Virus record (IMG/VR): IMGVR_UViG_3300032260_000018
Coordinates: 1-29,026 of that record
Origin: a virus
Lineage: Duplodnaviria > Caudoviricetes
Direction: 5' to 3' (one strand)
DNA length: 29,026 nt
Part shown: one piece after another, positions 1 through 8,453 of the stretch
Layout of the letters: each line of letters starts with the position of its first letter
Position numbering within the stretch: the first letter of the stretch is position 1
The notes under the pieces: model-generated
The model's database searches: none
Told to the model about the DNA's origin: nothing
Seen by the model: only the letters and a program-made list of their open reading frames with translations
Made by a program: the position numbers and the translations under genes

Positions 1-1
1 C

Positions 2-124
2 CCCACTGATGACTATTACATTCCTGAAGGCTGGTATGAAGAAACTTGGGAAGGCGAAGTGTTATATGAAATTACTGGCGATGTTGTTGGATGGGCACCG
101 CAACCAATTTTTACTGCCAGATAA
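2..124 (+). CDS. C-terminal part of a DUF551-like small phage protein (5' truncated by the window edge)
   Basis: Frame 2 reads PTDDYYIPEGWYEETWEGEVLYEITGDVVGWAPQPIFTAR*. The 'YIPEGWYE...V.GW.P.P' pattern resembles DUF551 C-termini. The stop lies in TAAC (122-125). Not in the ORF track. Confidence 0.6.
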   Translation, partial: PTDDYYIPEGWYEETWEGEVLYEITGDVVGWAPQPIFTAR

Positions 125-208
125 CATTGCAAATGAGATGTAGCCAACACTGAAATTAACTTAAAAACCGCAAAGCTTTCGCGGTCTTTTCGATTTGCTT
201 TATTATAC
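119..208 (-). mobile_element. attC-like recombination site 1 (degenerate)
   Basis: AGATAAC-ATTGC-AAATGAGA ... TTTC-G-ATTTGC-TTT-ATTATAC. Imperfect inverted repeat with an extra G in the right arm and an internal hairpin ACCGC/GCGGT. Confidence 0.6.
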
Positions 209-221
209 GACGGTGATAGCA

Positions 222-518
222 ATGACGGCGTGGAACAGAGCGTTTAAAGACGACTATGTAGAGCCAAGCCCTATTAGTAATAATGATATGGCTAAAGTTC
301 TAGAGTGCGAACTAAAACCATCCTGCGGGCTAAAAACCTGGAATGATGTATTTCTTAATGGCGTATATCTTGGAATGGTTAGAACAAAGCTTGGCGGGAA
401 TCATGAGTACAGACTGAGCCGTAACGACTCCCCGGTTTATTGTGGGCAAATAGGTAATACCGGAGACCCAAAGCATGCCAGGGCAATACTGGCCTTACGT
501 ATAAAGCTAGTCGTATAA
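222..518 (+). CDS. Hypothetical cassette-borne protein (start uncertain: TTG195, ATG222 or later)
   Basis: ORF track 195..518. The stop TAA lies within GTATAAC (513-519). Confidence 0.55.
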   Translation: MTAWNRAFKDDYVEPSPISNNDMAKVLECELKPSCGLKTWNDVFLNGVYLGMVRTKLGGNHEYRLSRNDSPVYCGQIGNTGDPKHARAILALRIKLVV

Positions 519-644
519 CGATTTAAATCACCTGCTTGCGGGTGATGAAATGAACTGTTGCAAATAATGCAATAGTTGGACGAAGAGAAGAAATTTAACT
601 CACGCACCGCAGTAGCAAGTCAGCGTGGATTTTGATGGTTATAC
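513..644 (-). mobile_element. attC-like recombination site 2
   Basis: GTATAAC GATTT AAATCAC CTG CTTGC ... GCAAG T CAG C GTG G ATT TTGATG GTTATAC. Perfect 7-bp outer cores and paired inner arms with three unpaired bases (T, C, G) on the right arm. Confidence 0.8.
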
Positions 645-646
645 AT

Positions 647-675
647 AAAAAAGGCCAGCGCTCTAGCTGACCTTT
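647..675 (-). terminator. Intrinsic terminator-like hairpin acting on minus-strand transcripts
   Basis: AAAAAAGGCCAGC-GCTCTA-GCTGACCTTT. On the minus strand this is a stem followed by U6. Confidence 0.5.
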
Positions 676-766
676 AGGTGGGCAAATACAGAATACTTCC
701 CCGGTGTGAGAGATTTAATATTACACCAAAGATAAAAAGCTGGCAATTATTGTAAATGGAGGAATT

Positions 767-937
767 ATGGCAAAAGCACAACGAGATTTGAAAGTTCATT
801 TAACGCTAACAGAAGAAGAGGCAATTGATATATATATTCACCTAAACCCCAAATACCATCCGAACAAGACAGAAGAGATAAAGACTGCGATTAAAGATGC
901 ACTTGGCTACGAGCCAATTGAGGCACCAGATGTATAA
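767..937 (+). CDS. Small hypothetical cassette protein, 56 aa (MAKAQRDLKVHLTLTEEEAIDIYIHLNPKYHPNKTEEIKTAIKDALGYEPIEAPDV)
   Basis: Strong GGAGG SD just upstream of ATG767. The stop lies within GTATAAC (932-938). Below the ORF-track length cutoff. Confidence 0.75.
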   Translation: MAKAQRDLKVHLTLTEEEAIDIYIHLNPKYHPNKTEEIKTAIKDALGYEPIEAPDV

Positions 938-1055
938 CGTTGTAAATAACCTGACCACGGGTAATGGAATAAGGAGCTGAATAGCATGAATACAACCACA
1001 AATATTGCAAACAACCACCGCTTTAGCTGGTCTGCGTTGAAATGCATGGTTATAC
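932..1055 (-). mobile_element. attC-like recombination site 3 (contains the SD and start codon of the next gene)
   Basis: GTATAAC GTTGT AAATAAC CTG ACCA ... TGGT CTG C GTT GAAA TGCATG GTTATAC. Same spacing as site 2. AAGGAG and ATG986 lie in the loop. Confidence 0.75.
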
Positions 1056-1552
1056 ACCGTAAACGCGAGGTTTTGATTGCCGCTGGTGTTACCGTGCTGG
1101 CTATTTTTATAGGGGTTGGATTTAACTCCAAAATACATGAGACAGCCCAATGCTCTGCGCTATCAACCATAAAAATGATTGCAAATTACTCTGAAACAAC
1201 TACCGCCATAGATATGGAAGGCAATCCGTATATTGATACTGATTACTGGACTGAAGATGCCTCTAATACCTATTACGTTGAAATGCTCAACCTTGATGTT
1301 ATTAAATCAAATATAGCCCACACAATGAGCGGGAACATAGCGGTACCTATAGGTGAATTTCAGTACGATGAAACAATGAAGCGTGATCGGCATTTTGATA
1401 GTTTTAGTGTTAACAGGAATTCAGAAATACACCAGTCTTTTGCCGATGGTGAATACGTGAGTATTAAGCCAAGCCAGTACGAAGAATGTTTTTTAAACAT
1501 CGGAAGCATGGTTGAGGTTAAGTACTGGTACCAATTCGCCTACGGTGTATAA
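986..1552 (+). CDS. Hypothetical membrane-anchored protein (cassette-borne)
   Basis: 188 aa with an AAGGAG SD and one hydrophobic segment (VLIAAGVTVLAIFIGVGF). The stop lies within GTATAAC (1547-1553). Confidence 0.75.
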   Translation: MNTTTNIANNHRFSWSALKCMVIHRKREVLIAAGVTVLAIFIGVGFNSKIHETAQCSALSTIKMIANYSETTTAIDMEGNPYIDTDYWTEDASNTYYVEMLNLDVIKSNIAHTMSGNIAVPIGEFQYDETMKRDRHFDSFSVNRNSEIHQSFADGEYVSIKPSQYEECFLNIGSMVEVKYWYQFAYGV

Positions 1553-1645
1553 CAGGGGCTAGACATAACAAGGAACAACAATAGGGGGATGGCTGACAAA
1601 TGGACTCGGCATTATATTCGTGCAGCGGGGGTAGTTGAATTAAAA

Positions 1646-1654
1646 TGATATACT
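1646..1654 (+). promoter_or_regulatory. Extended -10 promoter candidate for the primase gene
   Basis: TGATATACT (TGn-TATACT) about 70 bp upstream of the primase start. No clear -35. Confidence 0.45.
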
Positions 1655-1666
1655 GTACGACCGAGC

Positions 1667-1692
1667 AAAAAAAAGCCCCGTTGGAGCGGGGC
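1667..1692 (-). terminator. Terminator-like hairpin, minus-strand orientation
   Basis: A8-GCCCCG-TTGGAG-CGGGGC. Confidence 0.55.
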
Positions 1693-1723
1693 AAATACTG
1701 AGGACAAATCATGAGCAATTATT

Positions 1724-4285
1724 ATGCCAAGTAACTTAGAGTTCGTCAACGCTATCTTTGGGAAAGACGCACCTTGGTGCCATGTTACGGATTTCCAATA
1801 TGACCCACTTAACATACCTGATGACAAAAGACACATCGCATGGGGTGGGGACTACTTTAGTCGTTACACTCTCACTCCTGACACCAACCAGTACTTCACC
1901 ATCTCATGCTTCTATGCAGACGACACCGGAAAGGCTCGCCGCCGAAAGGCGTTATATCGGCACACTCCTTGCATAGTGCTTGATGACGTGCGTGAGAAAT
2001 TGTGTGAAGAACAAGTTAAGAAGCTTCCCTCACCAAGTTGGATCTTAGAGACCTCACCAGGGAGTGAGCAGTGGGGATACATCCTAGCTGAACCATGCAC
2101 AGACCGTGCCAGGGTTGAGAACCTGCTTGACGGTCTGGTAGCCAACGGCCTGGCTCCTGGTGGCCGCGACCCAGGCATGAAGGGTGTGACACGCTACGTC
2201 AGGCTGCCAGATGGTGTGAACACCAAAGCCAGTAAGATGGTGGACGGTCAGCCGTTCAAGTGCCGTATGCTGCTGTGGGAGCCGTTCAGACGCACCACAA
2301 TGGAAACACTTGCTGCACCGTTTGCAGTTGACCTGGACAAACCCCGCCGTGAGCAGTGTGTCGATGGTGCAGCAGATATCCCCGACCACCCCTTGCTGCA
2401 GATCCCTGACACTATTCACATTAAGGAGGTGCGTTCTGATGGACGATTCGACATTACTTGCCCGTGGGTTGAAGAACATACGGGAGCTGATAACAGCGGT
2501 TCAGCGATCTTTACCAACGAAGACGGAAGTATTGGGTTTAAGTGTCATCATGGTGCTTGTCAGTCTCGTACTGGTCGTGACTTATTTCAATTTATAGAGG
2601 GTGAGAAACCTGGTTTCGGTTCTAAGTTCGCATCCTGGCGCGGTCTTAGAGCGTTAGCACCGGTGAGTACGTTAAATTTTTATGGACCTGGCGAGGCGCA
2701 AGCCTCGTCTCCCACCAGTGACATCCAACAAAAGGATTGTGAACCACAGGATGTCGCCTCCGCCGGACTTGACCAACTCCTCAACCAGCTCCGACAAGTT
2801 AACCCTTCCTCAGCTGACGCTCGATCAACAGCGTCAACTCTCCTGCAACTGGTGGATTCTCTACCGGCGATAGAGAAGAAGCACTGGCATGATCAAGTCT
2901 GTGACATCATGCACTGGAGTAAAGCAGACTTTAAACCCATACTTAGAGAGCTGCGTGAGCAGTGGTATCAGAAAACAAAAACAGCAGACTGGTACAATGA
3001 CTTCGTTTATCTACGAGAACAGAACCTCTTCTACAACTTCAAAACCTACATCTTTTTCACCCCTGAAGGATTTCAAAACTCCTACGCTGATAAAGAGACA
3101 GAAGCAAGGAAAGAGGCGTTGCAAGCGGGTCGAGTCAAGAAGGTGGACAAGCTCGACTTCGCACCAAAGCAACCCCGATACTTCACCGACGCGGGTATTG
3201 ACTACGCCAACGCATGGTCACCGGATGATGAGATTGCAAGCACTCAAGGTGATGTCACCCGCTGGTTGAGTCACTGGGATGCCATGGGGTGGGGTGAGTA
3301 TCGTGACCACATGCTGAAGTTCATGGCGTACACCATCCTGCACCCGGACGTTAAGATCAACCACATGCTGATGTTAGGTGGAGGTGAGGGCTGCGGTAAA
3401 GATTTCCTGCTCTACCCGCTCACCATGGCTATGGGGCGCAACAGCACCACTATTGACGGTGAAGAGCTGTTGACGGACTACCGGGGGTATCTGCTATCAA
3501 CCAAACACCTCCACATCAATGAGGCAGAGCTTGGCACCCGTCAAGAGGCCGTTGCCATCAGTAACAAGCTCAAACCCCTGGCTGCGGCACCACCGGACAC
3601 ACTGAGAGTGAATGAGAAGTTCATGAAGGCGGTGAAAATACGGAACATAGTCAACTGCACCATGACCACCAACAGTCAGCTCCCGGTGCGTCTGAACGGC
3701 CCCAGTCGCCGCATCTATGCCATGTGGTCTCATCTCAACATACGAGGTGAAGATGGTAACGTTACGGCCGAATGGCAGCGCTACTGGCGTGAAAGCTGGG
3801 AGTGGATGAAGAGTGAGGGCGCTGCAGCTTGCGTGTGGTACTTGCGAAACTGCGTGGATATCAGCAACTTCAACCCTGGTGCCCCACCCCCCATGACTGA
3901 GTTCCTGCGTGAGATACAGGAAGCCTCCAAGTCACCGGCTCAGGTTACTATAGAAGAGTTCATCCGCAAGCGAGTGTTCCAGTGTGACCTACTCACTGCT
4001 GCTGATATGTCAGCTGTGTTACGCGCTGCTGAGTTGAGTAGTGAGTTGAGGAACCTGATGTCCATGGAGCCAAGCTGGTTCACACCCACCAGAGTAGGTC
4101 AGGTGCTGCGAGAGATGCCTCAGTGCAGGCAGGTGAAGGCGTACAAGAGTCGATACTCCATGCGTGTCTGGATCCTACGTGATGTGGTTAAGTATGAGGA
4201 GCTGGGGTGTGGGGCCAGGCTGGTTGAGGAGTACGATCGCCAGCAAAAGGAAATAAAAAAGGGAAATTCCATCAGGGCGGTTTAA
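1724..4285 (+). CDS. Primase-helicase: RepB-type primase domain, Zn finger and DUF5906/NrS-1-like helicase
   Basis: Motifs CIVLDDV and PSWILETSPGSEQWGYIL (RepB-like primase), CPW..EH...CHHGAC (Zn ribbon), Walker A GGEGCGKD, LHINE (Walker B-like) and TTNS...SRR. Confidence 0.85.
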   Translation: MPSNLEFVNAIFGKDAPWCHVTDFQYDPLNIPDDKRHIAWGGDYFSRYTLTPDTNQYFTISCFYADDTGKARRRKALYRHTPCIVLDDVREKLCEEQVKKLPSPSWILETSPGSEQWGYILAEPCTDRARVENLLDGLVANGLAPGGRDPGMKGVTRYVRLPDGVNTKASKMVDGQPFKCRMLLWEPFRRTTMETLAAPFAVDLDKPRREQCVDGAADIPDHPLLQIPDTIHIKEVRSDGRFDITCPWVEEHTGADNSGSAIFTNEDGSIGFKCHHGACQSRTGRDLFQFIEGEKPGFGSKFASWRGLRALAPVSTLNFYGPGEAQASSPTSDIQQKDCEPQDVASAGLDQLLNQLRQVNPSSADARSTASTLLQLVDSLPAIEKKHWHDQVCDIMHWSKADFKPILRELREQWYQKTKTADWYNDFVYLREQNLFYNFKTYIFFTPEGFQNSYADKETEARKEALQAGRVKKVDKLDFAPKQPRYFTDAGIDYANAWSPDDEIASTQGDVTRWLSHWDAMGWGEYRDHMLKFMAYTILHPDVKINHMLMLGGGEGCGKDFLLYPLTMAMGRNSTTIDGEELLTDYRGYLLSTKHLHINEAELGTRQEAVAISNKLKPLAAAPPDTLRVNEKFMKAVKIRNIVNCTMTTNSQLPVRLNGPSRRIYAMWSHLNIRGEDGNVTAEWQRYWRESWEWMKSEGAAACVWYLRNCVDISNFNPGAPPPMTEFLREIQEASKSPAQVTIEEFIRKRVFQCDLLTAADMSAVLRAAELSSELRNLMSMEPSWFTPTRVGQVLREMPQCRQVKAYKSRYSMRVWILRDVVKYEELGCGARLVEEYDRQQKEIKKGNSIRAV

Positions 4286-4300
4286 AAGAAGTGGTGGTAG

Positions 4301-4328
4301 AAAAGCCCGCGGTTAGGCGGGCTTCTTT
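4301..4328. terminator. Bidirectional intrinsic terminator between convergent genes
   Basis: AAAAGCCCGC-GGTTAG-GCGGGCTTCTTT, located between the primase stop (4285) and the operon end (4333). Confidence 0.8.
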
Positions 4329-4332
4329 GGTG

Positions 4333-4985
<653 letters not shown>

Positions 4986-4989
<4 letters not shown>

Positions 4990-5137
4990 TCTGGTCTCTC
5001 CAGGTTATGCTGCTTAATAAGAGCCTCTTCTATGGTCACAGCAGCGTTCTCTCGCTCTCTCAGCCACTCACAGAGCCACCGGGGTAGTCTGGTGTTGTAA
5101 GGCTCTTTACGGTGCTGCAGCGGGGCTGTGGGGCGGC

Positions 5138-5141
<4 letters not shown>
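4986..5141 (-). CDS. Small putative DNA-binding (RHH-like) protein, 51 aa (MSRPTAPLQHRKEPYNTRLPRWLCEWLRERENAAVTIEEALIKQHNLERPE)
   Basis: ATGA overlaps with both neighbouring genes. The 'RP...K.P.N.RLP.WL.EWL.......IEEAL' pattern fits a beta-strand followed by two helices. Absent from the ORF track. Confidence 0.7.
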
Positions 5142-5826
<685 letters not shown>

Positions 5827-5830
<4 letters not shown>

Positions 5831-6006
5831 GATTTTGTCTCCAGTATTATCTCAAATGACTCAGGGGTTAAGGTTTTATCCATGAAAAGTTTACGCTTGC
5901 AGAAGTCTGGGATTACCTCTCTTAAATGCCGTTCAGCGCTTTCTCTAGTATCAAATAGAGCATGTAAGGTTGAATGATTCTTTTTCTCAACTAGTTTGTA
6001 TTTCAT
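5827..6006 (-). CDS. Small hypothetical protein, 59 aa (MKYKLVEKKNHSTLHALFDTRESAERHLREVIPDFCKRKLFMDKTLTPESFEIILETKS)
   Basis: Fills the gap exactly with ATGA overlaps at both ends. AGGAG lies upstream. Not in the ORF track. Confidence 0.75.
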
Positions 6007-6206
6007 AATGCTTGCTCCTGCAGTACAGCTGGCGACAGCATCTCGTGGGCTTCTGAGAGCGTGCTCACGCTCACCAGTCTGATTAGTGGGTTGATATGGT
6101 CAGCTGGTAGCCAGAAACTCACCACGTTACCATTACTCCATGCTGTGAGGCCGCGTAAGCGTACGGTGGTGAGGATGTGGCACTGTTGGCGGGGTTGGGG
6201 TTTCAT
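6003..6206 (-). CDS. Hypothetical protein
   Basis: 67 aa ORF packed within the operon (2-bp gap on one side, ATGA overlap on the other). Confidence 0.6.
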   Translation of the reverse strand: MKPQPRQQCHILTTVRLRGLTAWSNGNVVSFWLPADHINPLIRLVSVSTLSEAHEMLSPAVLQEQAL

Positions 6207-6208
6207 GG

Positions 6209-6682
6209 TTAAGGTTCCAAGATTTTATAAACAGATTTGAACAGTTCAGGTAGCATGACTTCATTAATCTGTTTCACCATAGGTTCATCCTTCATGAAAT
6301 CTCGATTTCCACTACTTGATAGATGACTACCACCACGCCCCAGCAGCTCAGCAACTTCTTTGAGGGTGTAGAATGATTTCATCAAGTCGGATAATTCCCA
6401 CGACTCTTCATTAGTTAGCATTGACTCTTGCAGAGTTTCGTTGATGTGGTACAAATATTTACCATCGTCCTGCTTGCCCACCAACCCAGACCAATGAGAA
6501 TGTGAACTGATATCTTTGGAATTAGCGGGATTAGCTTGACTGGTGTAAACCTCAATGTAACCGAAACCCCAGTACCAACCACAATCCCAGCTAGCAGCCT
6601 CTAACCAAATTAAGTCGTCATGTTTGTCTTTACCAAGTAAGTAGCAGTCTTTACCGAAAGCGTGTGATTTTTGCTTTTTCAT
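6209..6682 (-). CDS. Conserved phage hypothetical early protein
   Basis: 157 aa with a GAGGA SD and the aromatic motif WLEAASWDCGWYWGFGY. Confidence 0.75.
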   Translation of the reverse strand: MKKQKSHAFGKDCYLLGKDKHDDLIWLEAASWDCGWYWGFGYIEVYTSQANPANSKDISSHSHWSGLVGKQDDGKYLYHINETLQESMLTNEESWELSDLMKSFYTLKEVAELLGRGGSHLSSSGNRDFMKDEPMVKQINEVMLPELFKSVYKILEP

Positions 6683-6693
6683 GATTTATTTCC

Positions 6694-7095
6694 TCAGCGT
6701 ATGTAGTAAGTAACACCGGCATAGTCAACTTCGGTGTAGTCAACTCTTAGATTTTCAGCGGTTTGATCCCAGTTGATTTTGATGTAATCAGGGATGTCTA
6801 CAGGGATCAAACCAAAGTCAATCAGCATTTCTTTACAGTACTCTGTGAAATATGTCTCACGGATAAGAGTTTCACCGGATTCCCAGCCTGCAACGTAGTA
6901 GCTGGCTTCTTCTGCGAGCGAGCGGAGGGTGTCCAACTCTTCACCCTCGTCTTTATCAAAAGCTTGCATCTGTGCTTCTGTTAAACTGCCTTCGTTTAAC
7001 TCTTTCACTAAGGTGGTTTGCTCGCTCTCCAGCTCTTCGATACGTTCAATGATGTCGCGTGAATCGATAACGTCTTGATTATTGTCTGTACTCAT
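6694..7095 (-). CDS. Acidic ArdA-like putative antirestriction (DNA mimic) protein
   Basis: Very D/E rich. The C-terminal 'IP.YIKINWDQTAENLRVDY' resembles the ArdA C-terminal 'YIDYE..ARDL..DY' motif. First gene after a strong promoter. Confidence 0.55.
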   Translation of the reverse strand: MSTDNNQDVIDSRDIIERIEELESEQTTLVKELNEGSLTEAQMQAFDKDEGEELDTLRSLAEEASYYVAGWESGETLIRETYFTEYCKEMLIDFGLIPVDIPDYIKINWDQTAENLRVDYTEVDYAGVTYYIR

Positions 7096-7128
7096 GATTG
7101 TGTTCCTGTTTTGTTGATTTGCAGTTTA

Positions 7129-7157
7129 AGTCTAGACAACAACACTCCAAGTGTCAA
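7129..7157 (-). promoter_or_regulatory. Strong sigma70-type early promoter
   Basis: TTGACA (7157-7152) - 17 bp - TAGACT (7134-7129), 34 bp upstream of ATG7095. Confidence 0.8.
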
Positions 7158-7191
7158 GACGTTTATTAAAATGTTTTCTGTGGATAAAACA

Positions 7192-7492
7192 TCACACACT
7201 TAGAGTGTGTGACGAGAGTGTCTGGCAACTAATAGTACTACAGAGTGTGGGGATAATATTGTCGTGGATTTTGTTAATTTAGTGCTTTTGCAGTATTTTC
7301 GACAAAAATCTCACACACTCAGACACTCTCTCACACACTTACACTGAAAAGAGTGTCTGACAGTTTAGGTTGCAGTAACATGGCCTGCAGCCAGTCTCAC
7401 ACACTCTCTTTCTCTATATCGATTATTCTTCAGATATGAAATCGATGTATTGCACCACCTACCCCCTACTAACGCCCCAGTGAGAGTGTCTG
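7192..7492. repeat. Cluster of CA(C/G)ACACT(C) iterons in both orientations; candidate replication origin or packaging site
   Basis: About 10 copies: 7193+, 7203-, 7216-, 7243- (degenerate), 7312+, 7320+, 7332+, 7351-, 7398+, 7484-. An AT-rich spacer lies at 7252-7310. Confidence 0.75.
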
Positions 7493-7516
7493 CAAGCGTT
7501 TCCCGGTGTCGTAAAA

Positions 7517-7780
7517 CTACGCGAAAAAGCCGCGCATAGCCTTGGTGTCGTAAATAACAGCAATGTCGAGGATTTTGTTTTGCAGTGTTTTGTCTGACTG
7601 TTCGAGGGCAAAATCAACCAAATAGCCAGATTTGAAGCGGAGCACACGCTGGTGTGCCTGCCATGCGGTGGGGTAGCGTCCTAAATAGCGACGCATGTTG
7701 TGAATTGATACTCGTGTTTCATACTTACCATTGTTGTAATAGACACTATCAAACTCTATTTTGAGGAAAGGGGTGCGCAT
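7517..7780 (-). CDS. AP2-like DNA-binding domain protein (likely start ATG7780)
   Basis: 'SVYYNNGKYETRVSIHNMRRYLGRYPTAWQAH' fits the AP2 pattern 'GV......W.A.I......YLG.F.T...A'. GGAG lies upstream of ATG7780. Confidence 0.55.
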   Translation of the reverse strand: MRTPFLKIEFDSVYYNNGKYETRVSIHNMRRYLGRYPTAWQAHQRVLRFKSGYLVDFALEQSDKTLQNKILDIAVIYDTKAMRGFFA

Positions 7781-7884
7781 GTGGTGTGCTCCAGTTGAGC
7801 CAGTAAGAGAGTGGAGCGGCAGAACGGTTACTAAGGTCGTCTTTTCGGTAATGAGCCTAGCCGCTCCTCTGACCCTAGCACACA

Positions 7885-7920
7885 TAGCACAAGTCAGCTA
7901 CATAGTGTATTATTTACACT
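7885..7920 (+). promoter_or_regulatory. Putative promoter for terS with an overlapping palindromic operator
   Basis: TAGCAC-17-TATTAT, 7 nt before ATG7921. AGTGTA-N5-TACACT at 7904-7920. Confidence 0.5.
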
Positions 7921-8358
7921 ATGGCTATAACTGTTAAACAGCTTACAGGACTCAACGACAAGGAATTGCGCTTTGTCGTTGAGTACGTGAAGGACTGCAA
8001 CGCACGCCGGGCGGCTGTGGCCTCTGGCGCCTGTCAGCCTGATAGCGCCTACACATACCGCGATAAAGCTCACGTTAGAGCTGCCATAAACAAACTACTC
8101 TCAGAAGCCTTAGAGGCTGCTCAGATCGATGCTGAGTGGTTGATCATGGAGTTAGTAGATAATCACCGTATTGCACGGCTTGAGGGCAATCTATCCGCCT
8201 CTAACAGCGCACTTAATACCATAGCAAAGCATAAATTTGTTGATGCCTTTGCAGCTGACAAAGTGCAGGTGATCGACGATAAAGAGATCATGAGTAAGTT
8301 GATACGCGGTCGTGAGCGTGTAGCAGCGTCCAAAACTGATAAAGTGGAGTTTTTCTAA
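7921..8358 (+). CDS. terS: Terminase small subunit
   Basis: 'L.DKELRFVVEYVKDCNARRAAVASG' is the Terminase_2-type HTH N-terminus. Located upstream of terL. Confidence 0.85.
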   Translation: MAITVKQLTGLNDKELRFVVEYVKDCNARRAAVASGACQPDSAYTYRDKAHVRAAINKLLSEALEAAQIDAEWLIMELVDNHRIARLEGNLSASNSALNTIAKHKFVDAFAADKVQVIDDKEIMSKLIRGRERVAASKTDKVEFF

Positions 8359-8453
8359 TGCCATACGTACCGCTTGATAGTGTAATCATTATAGATGTGT
8401 CACTGTGGGGCTTGTGGTACTGCTTAATTCGTAAACAAGATAGAGGGTAAATC

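Noticed and set aside
842-1170. Minus-strand ORFs over the cassette array (also 16-222, 1518-1718, 1612-1836)
   Set aside because: They overlap better-supported plus-strand genes and attC-like sites, and show no recognisable protein features.
7190-7495. CRISPR array
   Set aside because: The repeats are only 8-11 bp, mixed in orientation and irregularly spaced, and no cas genes are present.
7781-7885. Long N-terminus of the 122-aa ORF
   Set aside because: The SD and the domain start favour ATG7780. The extension overlaps the divergent promoter region.
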